Position numbers and translations under genes: made by a program. Positions 41,006 to 54,198 of a stretch of 64,000 nt of DNA are shown here, piece by piece. The stretch spans positions 5,084,001 to 5,148,000 of the forward strand of contig OY740789.1 of assembly GCA_963514005.1 (NCBI GenBank), read 5' to 3'. The notes below the pieces were generated by a model that ran no database searches, was not told the DNA's origin, and saw nothing but the letters and a program-made list of their open reading frames with translations. Positions within the stretch are counted from its first letter, which is position 1. Each line of letters opens with the position of its first letter. The stretch is from Raja brachyura (Eukaryota).

Positions 41006-42738
41006 TTAGCAACTTTATTCTTGGGCTGAAGGATGTAATGACAAATCAATATTTATTACACTAGTGACAGGATCTGTTAGACTAGAAGCACAAAGGGTGG
41101 ATTGGGGAAGGAATGAAATGGTTCAGTGGCACTTTATTGTCACATGTACCTAGATACAGTGAAATTACTTTTTTCCATACAATTCAGTAAAAAATCTTGC
41201 GCACTCATGCTTGAGTAGCAGAGTGTAAGAATAGTCGATGACACTAAGCAGTACACAGGACTCACCACTTTTCTGGCACCATCTTGTATTCTTCAAGTTT
41301 CAAAGTTTGTAAAAATGTAGTGTCTTAACTTGACCTTCAAGGTCTGTTGTACCGATGCAGTTGGTGTTGCAGGAGTCAGCCTGGCCAGGTGACTATTTTG
41401 GTGTGCACGAAACAGCTGCCTTTTTCAACAATTTTCTTTTACTTTCATTTATCAGTATTTTGAAAAACAGTCGCCTGAAACTAAAGCTCGATCTCTCCAT
41501 AAATGCTACTAAATGATTGTTTTTAGCATTTTTTATTTTTTATTTTAGATGTCCAGCATCTACAGTATAGCTTTTGAATTATTGTTAGTGATAACAATAT
41601 GTTCTTAAGATAGAAGACCAAGTGCCAAATTGCTTGCATAATTCCACTTGTTATGATTAAATTTGAACTGACAACTTTTGGGTTTCAAGTCTGTTGCGCT
41701 ATCACATCACAATTGATTTCTCTTCAAGTTTCAGCCAAGTTAATTGGTACTCATTGTTTCTTCATACAAGCTCTGCCGAAACTCGCATGGCCCTTCCAGC
41801 GAATGTCCCTAGGTAACATCTAGAGGCAAATTTAGGCTGAGCTGCCGCACGCACACCCCAGCCCACGAACGTTGGGGCCAGTAATTTTGTTCTTAATCAC
41901 TAAAAGCAGCTAATTTGCAAAGACAGCTCTGGTCAGGCTGACTTGAGCATTTTAGATTTTTTTTCCCCACTAATTTCATCTGACAGGTTTGAAGAGGAAA
42001 GTGAGACCTCCTACTCCAGCAGTCCAAAGTAAGCTGGTTTTAGCCACGTTGGCAGCTGAACGTGTACAAGTGGCCAATGTTCTCAGTATCAGGTGGTTAA
42101 AAGAGCCTCGGTTCATGTTCCTCTTCATCACCAAGTGACGTGTAGTTAAATCTGCAGCTATGATCCCAGTAATAATTGCAGGATCTTGATCCAAAAAAGC
42201 AACCATCCCTTTGCTGCCACCACAGTTTAGTTTAGAGATACAGCATGGAGACAGGCCCTTCGGCACTTACTCAGGGAAGAGGAATCAAGAACTTGAGGAC
42301 ATAGGTTTATGATGAGAGGGACAAGATAGAATAGGAACGCAAAGGGCAACTTTTTCACACACCAGGTGGTGGGTATATGAAACAAACTGCCAGAGAAGGT
42401 AGTTGAGGCAGATACTATAAAAGCATTATTAAAAAAAATAAATGGGCAGGTGCATGGATAGGAAAGATTGAGAGGCATGTGGGCCATACGCGGGCAGGTG
42501 GGACTAGTACAGGTGGGGCATCCTGGTTGCCATGGACAAGTTGTTTGGAAGGGCCTGTTTCCGTGCCCTATGACTATATGACCATGACATGGGAAGCCAA
42601 TCATCAGAGTCCTCTAAAAGATGGAGAGAATAAGCCTTGGGCAATTATCACCGAAAATGTATAATGATTTAACAGTGACAGTAAAACATTGCTCCGTATC
42701 TTCTGGAAGGTTCATTTTTCTATTGATACTTTCTTAAG

Positions 42739-42893
42739 ATTCTCCGAAACAAATGTTCAAAGTCTGTGAATTCCGCTGAAGTGGAGGTAGAACCTGTAAC
42801 TGATGACGATGAACTGCTTCCTCCATATGTACTGAGACCAGAAGACAGCAGCCCGCGAGTCACCATCAACACTGCCATTGGACATGTGAACAG
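42739..42893 (+). CDS. DICER1: Dicer-1 exon 11
   Basis: [51 protein letters not shown]; taag| and |gtgaga; 155 nt. Confidence 0.96.
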
Positions 42894-43644
42894 GTGAGAC
42901 TAAGCATTACGCCATGTGTTCAGGCATTCATTGACACAAGTCTTGCGTTTTAACATCTCTTGAGGTGTACGCTTATGTTTTATTACCTGTTTTCATATCT
43001 GTATTTAAAATGAACTAATAATCAAGCATTCCAAACAGCTTGCAAGCATTATAGTTTAGTTCAAAGATACAGCATGGAAACAGGCCCTTCAGCCCATCAA
43101 GTCCACGCGTCCACCGTTCAAATTAGTTCAATGTCATCCCACTTTCTCATCCATTCATGACACAAAGGGCAATTTACAGAAGCCTCTTAAGCTATCAACC
43201 TGCACATCTTTGGAATGTGGGAGGAAACCGGAGCACCTGGAGGAAACCCATATGGTCACAGGGAGAACGTACAAACTCCACACAGACAGCGTCTGAGGTC
43301 AGGATCAAACCCCTGGTCTGTGGTGCATTGAGGCCGCAGCTCTACCAACTGCCGCCCTAAATTGTAACCTAAATGGACATTTGGAAATTCCACTAATCCA
43401 GCACATTTGTGACGGTGCTGAACTGGCCATTTCCAGACCATTGCCATTCTCATTCCATTTTGTACAAAATTCCTGTATACATATTTTTTAACTTATTGCA
43501 ATTACTACTTCATGCCTGTGATGGTGCTATAGTGCCACGGTTAACACATCTTTAAATTTCAACAAAACTCAGAAACACTTTCTCACTCTAGCGACTTGAA
43601 GGATTTTTCATTTCTGAAGGAAAGCAATTTTAGTGCAATTTTAG

Positions 43645-44162
43645 AAAATAGGTGCAGGAGGAGGTCATTCGGCCCTTCGAGCCAGCACCGCCATTCATTG
43701 TGATCATGGCTGATCGTCCCCTATCAATAACCCGTGCCTGCCTTCTCCCCATATCCCTTGACTCCACTAGCCCCTAGAGCTCTATCTAACTCACTCTTAA
43801 ATCCATCCAGTGATTTAGCCTCCACTGCCCTCTGTGGCAGGGAATTCCACAAATTCATAACTCTCTGGGTGAAAACGTTTTTTTCTCACTTCAGTCTTAA
43901 ATGACCTCCCCTTTATTCTTAGACTGTGGCCTCTGGTTCTGGACTCGCCCAATATTGGGAACATTTTTCCTGCATCTAGCTTGTCCAGTCCTTTTATAAT
44001 TTGATAACTTTCTATAAGATTGCCCCTCATCCTTCTAAACTCCAGTGAATACAAGCCTAGTCTTTTCCATCTTTCCTCATATGACACTCCCGCCATCCCA
44101 GGGATCAATCTCGTGAACCTACGCTGCACTGCCTCAATCACAAGGATGTCCTTTCTCAAATT
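43645..44162 (-). mobile_element. CR1-clade LINE 3' fragment
   Basis: IEAVQRRFTRLIPGMAG...ESRTRGHSLRIKG plus conserved 3' tail. Confidence 0.88.
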
Positions 44163-44188
44163 AAGAGTCCAACTTTGTTCATTCAAAT

Positions 44189-44423
44189 GGGGGGTTACAC
44201 AAAAAGCTGGAGAAACTCAGCGGGTGCATCAGCATCTGAGAAGCGAAGGAGATAGGCGACGTTTCGGGTCGAGACCCGAAACGTCGCCTATCAGTCTGAA
44301 GAAGGGCCTCGACCCGAAACGTCGCCTATCTCCGTCGCTCCTCAGATGCTGCTGCACCCGCTGAGTTTCCAGCTTTTTGTGTAACCCTCGATTCTCCAGC
44401 ATCTGCAGTTCCTTCTTTAACAC
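44189..44423. mobile_element. Non-autonomous fold-back Penelope pLTR element with hammerhead cores
   Basis: Arms gttacacaaaaagctggagaaactcagcgggtgc... and its inverse; sense core CTGAAGA 44296-44302...GAAACGTC 44316-44323; 14-bp TSD ttgttcattcaaat at 44175-44188 and 44424-44437. Confidence 0.88.
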
Positions 44424-46327
44424 TTGTTCATTCAAATTGCTGCAATCTGGAAATTTGAGCAGGAGCCTTTAGTCACGAATTACCCTTGTACTGATATATA
44501 TTCCATATCAATGCCACAGATGACGATTGCTGGTGATAGGGAGGGCTATTCCAATGCTATGCTACTTGAGCATCCCAACACAACTGACAGGAGTCTGGCC
44601 GCTCCCTTTCATGCTTCGGTCAGGCCCCTGATTGCCTGCTTTGCCTCCAGACATCAGTGCACAAAGGAAAATGCACAATGAGCATTCATCGGGAGCAGGC
44701 CCATAACCAAAACTGTCATTGATGTGCAATGTAAGAACTCTTCAATGTCCTTTTATAAAGCGCTGAACAAATTCTAGGCCAAACAAACTGCAGCCAGTTT
44801 TCATTATAAAAGTGGACGGGTTCCACATATTCTTATGTGCATGTCAGTGCGGTTCTGACAAAGATATAACAATACTCTGCAACTATGACAGTGTTCACTT
44901 GTACCAAGAATAAATAATGGTGCCCCTTGTGCCCTTTATATCATGCTCAGGCTGGATAGAGTCCTCCAGAGATTCTCCCTCAATTTGACAGTGTTTCTCA
45001 ACACAACTATTTTATTTCAGTAGTTTTGTTTAAAAAAAAACTTGCTTTCATTTTGAATAAAAGCATGTCAGGTTAAATATTCCCATGGTTTCCCATGAGC
45101 AGAGGAAGAAAGAAAGGTGGAAAATGTACAGAGGCCCACTTGAATGTTTCAATGTTTCAGTTTAGTTGTACCGAGGTACAATGAAAAGCTTTTGTTGCGT
45201 GCAATGCACTGTGTTGCAACGTTAGATTGCATGCAAGACAAAGACTTTAATATTCATTAAATTTGCATTGGTTATATATACATCAATAACGTAGCCTCAT
45301 TCCATTGAGTAACATTTATTTTGCTTTGAACTAGGGCTTGCATGGCTTGAGTTATAAGGAGAGGTCGGATAGGTTAGGCCGTTCCTCCCTGGAAAAGTTG
45401 GATAGGCTGTGGCATTTTTTCCCTGTCGAACAAAGGTACATAAAATCACGTGGCATAGGTAAAGTGAATGGCCTATTCCACTGGGTATAGGAGTGAAAAC
45501 TTAGAGGTCATAGATATAACGCAAGAATGGAAAATATTTAAAAGGGAGCTGAGGGGCATCCTTCTCCACGCAGATGATGGTGCTTACAAGGATCGAACTG
45601 CCAGGAGAAGTGGTAGATGTGGTACAATTATGGCAATTGAGAGTTACTTAGTAGGTGGATATGAAAGTTAATAGGGATATAAGCCTGATGCAGGCACATG
45701 GGGCCAACTCATGGGGTTAAGCAACTTGCTCAGCAGAGACAAGTTGGGCCGAAGGGCCTGTTCCTGTGCCGTATGACTCTAGGGAGGCTATGTTATTGTG
45801 TACAATTGTTTGCTCTAAGGTTCATTTAGTATGTAGTTTGGGGGGGGGGGGGGTGAAATATAAATTGAATATTTTATTCACACTCTTACCATTGAACCAA
45901 TTCCATTATTTTATGGTCCCTTCCATTCCATTGTTTTTAAGGCTGTGTGTTTTTATATATTCATCCCATTTGTGCCATGATACAAGTACACATATTTCCA
46001 CAGGGTGGCGTGTGCCTGGAACCTGCTGCTCGGGGTGATGGTGGAGGAGGATTTGGTAGTGGTATTTAAGAAGCTGTTAAATAGACACATAGATTTGCAG
46101 GGAATAGAGGGATATGGATGATGTGTAGGCAGAGGAGATTAGTTTAACTTGGCATCATGATTGGCCCAGACATTGTGGGCTGAAGGCCCTGTTCCTCTAC
46201 TGTTTTGTGTTCTAAAACTTCAATTTTTTTCCCCATGTGTCAGATTTGGTCTTTTGAATAGATGCTAATGTGATTTCTGTGCTGCACCAGAAGTGTCATT
46301 TAGTAGGAATGTATGTTATAAATGCAC

Positions 46328-48388
46328 GTTACACAAAAAGCTGGAGAAACTCAGCGGGTGTAGCAGCATCTAAGGAGCGAAGGAGATAGGCGACGTTTCG
46401 GGTCGAGACCCTTCTTCAGACTGGTCAGGGATCAGGGAAACGAGAGATATAAACAGTGATGTGGAGAGATAAGGAACAATGAGTGAAAGATATGCAAAAA
46501 AGTATTGGTGACAAAGGAAGCAGGCCATTGTAAGCTGTTTGTGGTGTGAAAATGAGAAGCTAGTGCGACTGGGGAGGGGGGGGGGGAGATGGAGAAGGAA
46601 CGTCAGGGCCAGAGGGCTGAGGGAGAGGTGGGGGGGAGGCAGTCTGGGTTAACAGAATTGAGAAAATTCAATGTTTAAGCCCAGAGGATGCAGACTCCCC
46701 AAGCGGAATATGAGGTGCTGTTCCTCCAACTTGCGGTGTTGATCACTCTGGCCGTGGAGGAGGCCCAGGACCGAGAGGTCGGATACGCAGTGGGAGGGGG
46801 AGTTGAAGTGCTGAGCCACCGGGAGGTCGGGTTGGTTATTGCGGACCGAGCGGAGGTGTTCGGCGAAACGATCGCCCAGCCTCCGCTTGGTCTCACCGAT
46901 GTAGATCAGCTGGCATCTGGAGCAACGGATGCAGTAGATGAGGTTGGAGGAGGTGCAGGTGAACCTCTGTCGGACTTGGAATGACTGCTTGGGTCCCTGA
47001 AAGGAGTGGATGGGGGAGGTGAAGGGACAAGTGTAACATCTCTTGCGGTTGCAAGGGAAAGTGCCCGGGGAAGGAGTGGAGCGGGAGGGAAGGGAAGAAT
47101 TGACGAGGGAGTTGCGAGGGAGCGGTCTTTGCGGAAGGCAGACAGGGGGGGAGATGGGAAGATGTGGCGAGTGGAGGGGTCACGTTGGAGGTGACGAAAC
47201 TGGCGGAGGGCTATCTGTTGTATGCGCTGGCTGGTGGGGTGAAAGGTGAGGACCAGGGGGACTCGGCCCTTGTTGTGAGTGGGGGAATGGGGAGAGAGGG
47301 CAGTGTTGCGGGGTATGGAGGAGACCCTGGTGCGAGCCTCATCTATAGTGGGGGAGGGGAATCCCCGTTCTCTGAAGAACGAGGACATTTGGGATGACCT
47401 GGTGTGGAACACGTCATCCTGGGAGCAGATGCGGCGTAGACGGAGGAATTGGGAATAGGGGATGGAGTCCTTACAGGAAGCAGGGTGGGAGGAAGAGTAG
47501 TCCAGGTAGCTGTGGGAGTCAGTTGGTTTGTAGTGGATGTCAGTCAGGAGTGTATCACCTGCAATAGAGATGGTGAGGTCAAGGAATGGTAGGGAAATGT
47601 CGGAAATGGTCCAAGTATATTTGAGTGCCGGATGGAAGTTGGTGGTGAAATGGATGAAGTCAGTCAGTTCTGCGTGGGTGCAGGAGGTGACACCAAAGCA
47701 GTCGTCAATGTAACGGAGGTAAAGGTCGGGGGTGGGGCCCTGGTACGCCGAGAACAAAGATTGTTCGACGTGCCCGACAAAGAGGCAGGCGTAGTTAGGG
47801 CCCATGCGTGTGCCCATAGCTACGCCTTGTGTTTGGAGGAAATGGGAGGAGTCAAAAGAAAAGTTGTTGAGGGTAAGGACCAACTCTGCTAGGCGGAGGA
47901 GGATGTCAGTGGATGGGTATGGGTTGCTCCTCTGGTCGAGGAAGTACCGGAGGGCTTTGAGACCATCCTGGTGGGGGATGCAGGTGTATAGTGACTGGAC
48001 GTCCATGGTGAAGATGAGAGGATGGGGGCCTGGACAACGGAATGTGCGGAGCCGACGGAGAGTGTCTGAGGTGTCTTAAACATAGGTGGGGAGGGATTTA
48101 ACAAAGGGGGATAGGATGGAGTCAAGGTATGTGGAAATGTGTTCGGTGGGGCACGAACAGGCAGAGACAATGGGTCTGCCGGGGCAGTCGGGTTTGTGGA
48201 TTTTGGGGAGAAGGTAAAATCGGGCTGTGCGGGGCTGGGGAACGATGAGGTTGGAGGCTCGGGGGGGGTCTCGACCCGAAACGTCGCCTATCTCCTTCGC
48301 TCCTTAGATGCTGCTACACCCGCTGAGTTTCTCCAGCTTTTTGTGTAACCCTCGATTCTCCAGCATCTGCAGTTCCTTCTTTAACCAC
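46328..48388 (-). mobile_element. 5'-truncated Penelope-like retroelement (Neptune type): RT, Cys linker, GIY-YIG endonuclease, inverted pLTR ends
   Basis: RT motifs DVQSLYT, QGVAMG, YLRYIDD in ORF 46906-48006; another frame gives CNRKRCYTC and NLIYCIRCSRCQLIYIGETKRRLGDRFAEH; in-frame TAA near 48077 and a frameshift near 47120; 12-bp TSD ttataaatgcac at 46316-46327 and 48389-48400. Confidence 0.93.
46392..46419 (-). ncRNA. Minimal type I hammerhead ribozyme motif in the Penelope 3' pLTR
   Basis: Minus strand reads CTGAAGA-A-GGGTC-TC-GACCC-GAAAC-GTC: CUGANGA box, helix II, GAAA box and GUC triplet; helix I pairing is weak. Confidence 0.7.
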
Positions 48389-48419
48389 TTATAAATGCAC
48401 TTGTTTTTTTCCCCTACAG

Positions 48420-48552
48420 ATACTGTGCCAGATTACCCAGTGATCCCTTCACACACCTGGCTCCAAAGTGCAAAACTCAAGAACTATTAGATGGTACTTT
48501 TCAGTCAACTCTCTACCTTCCAATCAACTCGCCCCTCCGTATCCCAGTAACT
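48420..48552 (+). CDS. DICER1: Dicer-1 exon 12 (DUF283)
   Basis: [44 protein letters not shown]; tacag| and |gtgagt; 133 nt. Confidence 0.97.
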
Positions 48553-49820
48553 GTGAGTACTCATTGAATGTTTTATGTTCTCGACTGCATAATGTCGGTT
48601 GTCATGCTTGCTCATAGTTTCAACTGTAGAGTACCCCTTGCTGCGTATTTTAATGGTTTGCATTCCGGTAAAAAATATCCCAACAGTTTTTCAATCTAAC
48701 CAGTTTAGTTTACAGGTACAGCACGGAAACAGGCCCTTTGTCCCATTGAATCCGTGCTTACCCGCGATCCTGTACATTAACACTGTCCTACATACAGTGG
48801 GGACAATTTACAATGGTACCAAGCCAATTAACCTACAAACTATGTTTTTAGAATGTGGGAGGAGACCGGAGATCCCGGAGAAAACCCGTACAGAATGTAC
48901 AATCTCCATACATACTAGCACCCGTAGTCAGGATTGAATCCCTGGTGCTGTAAGGCAGCAACTCTACCGCTTCACCACCTTTAGTTGATGAAACTGCAGT
49001 AAGCAATTATGTTTAGAAAAAGAACTAGTTCTTTTGCGTAAACATCTTTCTAAATGGCCCTGAGCTGAATCGTTGATGAAGTGTATTCCAGCTTTATAAT
49101 CAATACTATTGCTGCAAGATGTAACCCCTCTGCCACCTTTACGGTGGCTCACGTTCCAAGAATAAATTTGAAACCCATCAGTCTTCACAAAGTGCTGAAA
49201 ATACACAGATCAACTAGCATCTGTAACGATGAAACACAGGCCCATGCTTGTCTTTCCCCTTCGAATACTGACTTATTGTATAGTTTATATAGTTCCTACA
49301 TTTTGTTTGTATTGGAAGGAACTTTGATTTATTAAGTGCCTTTTATGACCTCAGGGCTTCCTTAAGTAGAGGCTCTGCTACAGTGTAGGAAAAGTGGCAG
49401 CTAAGTCACACACAACAGTCGGGTAAGATGAGTTAATTACGATGTTGATTGGAGAGATAATCTTGGTAACAGCGCCCGGGAAATCTCCTCTCTGCACTTT
49501 CTGACCTTTCATGACATCAGAAATAAAAAATAGTATCTCAGTTTACAGTTGCACTTACTGACACTTCAGCACTTCCCCCAATGGTAAAAGCTAGATTATT
49601 GGCTCAAGTCTAAGGTGATTGTGCTACAGCTAAGCCTTGACAGCCACTTAGGTTTATTTATTTTATTTGATTTCCCTACTACATCTCTTGCCCCCCCCAA
49701 CTCCCCATGCATTGAATTTGCAAGAGTCGGCCTGCCTAACATGATGTCAACTTGTAGCTCTCCCAAGCAACCACATCTGTTAAAGATGATGTAGCTCATT
49801 AATCTTTATTTGAAACCTAG

Positions 49821-49896
49821 GGTCTTCCAATGCCCTGTACGAGATTGGCTGAGAAAGCAGCAGCCCTTCTTTGCTGTGAACGGCTGCACAAAATAG
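49821..49896 (+). CDS. DICER1: Dicer-1 exon 13 (DUF283)
   Basis: GLPMPCTRLAEKAAALLCCERLHKI; ctag| and |gtaagt; 76 nt. Confidence 0.95.
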
Positions 49897-49900
49897 GTAA

Positions 49901-50221
<321 letters not shown>

Positions 50222-51012
50222 TGAATAAGTGGCATTTCCGGTCGGGTCCCTTGCTTCAGACATTGGATTAGACAGTATTTTAGCTATAATGAGAGGTTGG
50301 AGAAACTTGGATTGACTTCCAAGCGTTGGAATCTGAGGAAAACCTGATAGATGTTTATAAAATGATGAGGGCCATATATAGGGTAGATAGTCAGAACCTT
50401 TTCCCCTGGGCTGAAATGTCAAAGATTAGAGGACATAGCTTTAAGATGAAAATGGCAATGTTTAAAGGAGATGCGTGGGACAAGATTTTTACACAGAGGG
50501 TGCTGGGTTCCTGGAACGCGCTGCCCGGGGTGATGGAGGAGGCAGATATGATAGTGGCATTTAAGAGGCTCTTAGATAGGCACCCGGATATGCAGCCGAT
50601 TAAAGGAAATGCATCACGTGCAGGCAGAGGAGATTAGTTTATCTTGGCACCATCTTCGGCACAGTCATTGTGGGCTGAAGGGCATGTTCCTGTACTGTTC
50701 TGTGTGTGTGTGTATAAGAAGGGTGGGCAGGAGTGAACCATCCTGCCCCTAGAGCTGCTCTGCCATTCATTGAGGTCATGGCTTCACTTCTACCTCAATG
50801 CCATTTTCCACATTGTCTCTAAAAACCTTGATTCCCTTGAGATTTGCATGTCGGGGTATTCGGTGTTTAGCTACCTATTATCCCTCTGCGCTTTTAAGTA
50901 CCTACATGCAGTGTCCTTCCTCTGCCTCAAGAATGCTATTATTAATTGCAAATCATTTGTTTCTTACAGATGTTTTTTCTCTTGTCTATATCCTCCCGAT
51001 CCCTTCATTTAG

Positions 51013-51192
51013 ATTCCTGAATGTCTGAGGAACAGTTACCCCAAAGCAAATCAGCCTTGCTACCTTTATGTGATTGGCATGGTGTTGACCACTCCTCTTC
51101 CTGATGAGCTCAACTTCAGAAGGAGAAAGCTGTACCCGCCAGAAGATACAACCAGATGTTTCGGGATTCTGACTGCCAAACCAATACCGCAG
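51013..51192 (+). CDS. DICER1: Dicer-1 exon 15 (platform)
   Basis: [60 protein letters not shown]; 180 nt. Confidence 0.97.
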
Positions 51193-51200
51193 GTACTTTT

Positions 51201-51497
51201 TTTTTGTTGTTGTTTATTTTTGTTAGAAGTAAGTACAATAGTGTGGTACTTGAGTACCTAATACATACATACATACATACATATTTCCATTCTTGTACAA
51301 CTTTGTATTTTTAATTTAATAATAAAAGAACAGTGAGAGAAAAAAGAAATAAAGAGTGTCGGAATAGATAGACAAGCGAGTAGAAACAGATAGCAAAAGA
51401 AATAAAGGGCAGAAATGAGATGCTAAAAAGATTGAAAGAAAAGGAGAAAGTAGAGGAAAGAGAGATTAGGAGAGATTTACCCATTTCGTATTTTTGC
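51201..51497 (-). mobile_element. Poly(A)-tailed L1/Tx1-type 3' fragment inserted at the exon 15 donor
   Basis: T-rich tail and tttatt at left; TSD taccgcaggtactttt at 51185-51200 and 51502-51517; TTTT/AG site. Confidence 0.7.
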
Positions 51498-51821
51498 CCA
51501 TTACCGCAGGTACTTTTAGTCATCTCGTTACACTTTAGGTTTTGGTGTGTTGCGGCTGGTTGGGAAACCCATGAGCAGTTCTTCACACGTCAGGGATATA
51601 GCGTGGAAACTGGCCACGGCGTCCAGCGATCACCCCATATGTGAGCACTATCCCTCGCACAGGGGACAATTTACTTTTTTTTTAAGCCAATTAAACTGCT
51701 AACCTGCTTGTCATTGGGCTGTGGGAGGAAACCGGACCTCCCGGAGAAAACCCCACAGTCACAGCGAGAGCGTACACAGACAGCCGTAGTCATTACCAAA
51801 CCCTTTTCTGGTGCTGTAAGG

Positions 51822-52846
51822 TATGTTACAATACCTACCTTTAGCAGCGCTGCAGTTCTGCCGCTCCCCGTGTGCGCGACTGTAGCGCCTTTCAGAGGGG
51901 GGCGGGTTTAAAATGCCGATTTTTTTCCTAAGCAGTCCAAGTCGATCCATGTCGGGCAATTTCGTCGCTAAAGAGAAATTGCTCCGACATTTCATTCATG
52001 AAGGTATTTTTAAACTCCGCTAGATTATTTATTAACTAGAGTAGTTTAAAAATCATCTTCTAAAGCTCTGAACTGTGACAGCGGAACGGACCTAACGTAG
52101 GCGATAAAAGAAGCTACACAGTTTATTTTTTCATAAAAACTTGGTTTTTAGGAAGGCTTTAATCACATTTTCATGTTGCAAAAAGAGGACCAAAAAAAAT
52201 GTATGAACCGGCTGTATTTTTCATGCCGACTTCACCACAAACCGCAACGTTCTAATCCACCGCAGTCCACTAAAACCCACTCACTAGTTGATTTAAACGG
52301 CCATTAATTTACAGGCATTAAACACTAAATTCCTTCCATTTGGCCTATAAATTCATGAAAATGAAATAAAAAAATTATGTTATATTGTGGATTATTGTGT
52401 GAATGTTATTTGGACACTTGGGCAATTTAAAAAAAGTTTATCTTCTTAAGAAATGGATAGATGTTTAGATCTACTAATTGAATTTTGTAATTAGCTACAA
52501 TTAGATAACTAACTAATTATATGCTTTAATTTCAGGTCATCCAAATAAGATTGTTTCATATTTGCTCAGAATGCTTCAATCTAATAACTGAAAATTTCAT
52601 TGAGCTCTTAATTTCTAAGAAAGTTATGGGCTTTTAACTGTTCTAGATCACAGCTTTTGAGTTGAGTCAATTGAAAGGCAATGGGGAACAAGATGTTAAT
52701 TTCCGAGTATGAAAATGGTCATAACTTTCTTAATACTGAAGATATGAAAGTGAATTTGGTGTCAAATTAAACTTTTTTTATGCTTTATCTGATGGGATAA
52801 ATTGCAGACTTGATTTTTAAAATCTCAAAATTTTGTAACATTGCTA
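51822..52846. mobile_element. Non-autonomous hAT-like DNA transposon splitting a SINE
   Basis: 8-bp TSD ctgtaagg at 51814-51821 and 52847-52854; imperfect TIR atgttacaa/ttgtaacat; SINE sequence resumes after the insertion. Confidence 0.75.
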
Positions 52847-53984
52847 CTGTAAGGCAGCAACTGTACCGCTGCACCACTGTGCCGCCCTGACTGAAGAAAA
52901 GAGGCAAGAGTAGGGAGAATTGGTGGGTGAACAATTATTTTTGTGTATCCAAGTCTAAACATTTTCAAATGTCATTTTGAGTTATAAAGAGGGATCTGCA
53001 TAGACTGATTTTTTTTTCTTGGACAGGGGGCTTAATCTCAATGGGGAGTGCAATAAGGGTTAATGTTTCAGGTCTATGACCTTTCATTGGAAGCTTTTAG
53101 ATTTAACCACTAATGATAGAAATGTTGAGATCCGATATTAAATTTTCTATTTTTATATTGGCATAAATGTGTTTATGACAGTCATGGTTAAGGAATACAA
53201 ATTTTAAAATCTGGTTGAATGGAACTATGTGTATTAGCATTCCATAGTTCAGGGCTTGGTTATATGATACAAATTTGAGTTATTTCTTCAGCTTCAGAGA
53301 TGGAAAAGTGTAACTACATATTTTTCATTGGAGGATGAAGCTAATTGACTTTAGGATTACGTCAGGAACCTCCAACAGATATAATGCTATTATTTTGCAA
53401 CATCTCTAAATTAAACAACAAAGACAAAATAACTTGTGTAAAAGATGGTTTAAAATGTTTTCTTCGTGTGGAATAAGATATAATATGTGTGGGAATAAGA
53501 ACCACATATATGTTTTATGATGGAAGCAAGATAAAAATGTATAAGTAAACAAATCCAACCCTCAATGCCGCCTCCTGCAGTTCAGATCCATTTCTGGCAA
53601 AGGAGGATGCCCTGGGGAGGATGGAAATGGCACGGCATCTCATGAATTTTGCCATCCAACTCCCTCTAAATCTCTTGCCTTGAATTTTGTACAGTCTTGT
53701 TCCAGGCTGGAGATGAGGAAATGTAGATGCTGGTTAAAAAGACACAAAGTGCTGAAAAATCTGATGAATGGACCTGTCCTGAAACATTGCCTATCCATGT
53801 CCTCCAGAGATGCTGCCTGACCCGCTGAGTTATTCCAGCACTCTGTTTTTAGTACAAGGGCATTGAAACTAATTCCCATCATGTTTGCAAAGTCTACAGT
53901 TTTAATGAATCTAAAAACTGGAAGAAACAATTCCATAAGGAATAATTATTGAAATATTTTTGCATGTCATGTTTCATTTGACAG

Positions 53985-54198
53985 ATTCCACATTTTCCGG
54001 TATATACACGTTCTGGTGAGGTTACCATATCTATTGAATTGGGCAAATTGGACTTCACATTGAGTACCAAGCAGCTGGAGCTGATCACTAGGCTACACCA
54101 GTATATCTTTTCTCACATTCTTCGTCTGGAGAAACCTGCACTAGAATTCAAGCCTACAGAAGCTGATGCAGCCTATTGTGTTCTACCTCTCGATATAG
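53985..54198 (+). CDS. DICER1: Dicer-1 exon 16 (platform)
   Basis: [20 protein letters not shown]...[24 protein letters not shown]; 214 nt. Confidence 0.97.

Noticed and set aside
46906-48006. Intact autonomous retrotransposon gene
   Set aside because: 5'-truncated, with an in-frame stop upstream of the RT core and a frameshift before the GIY-YIG domain.
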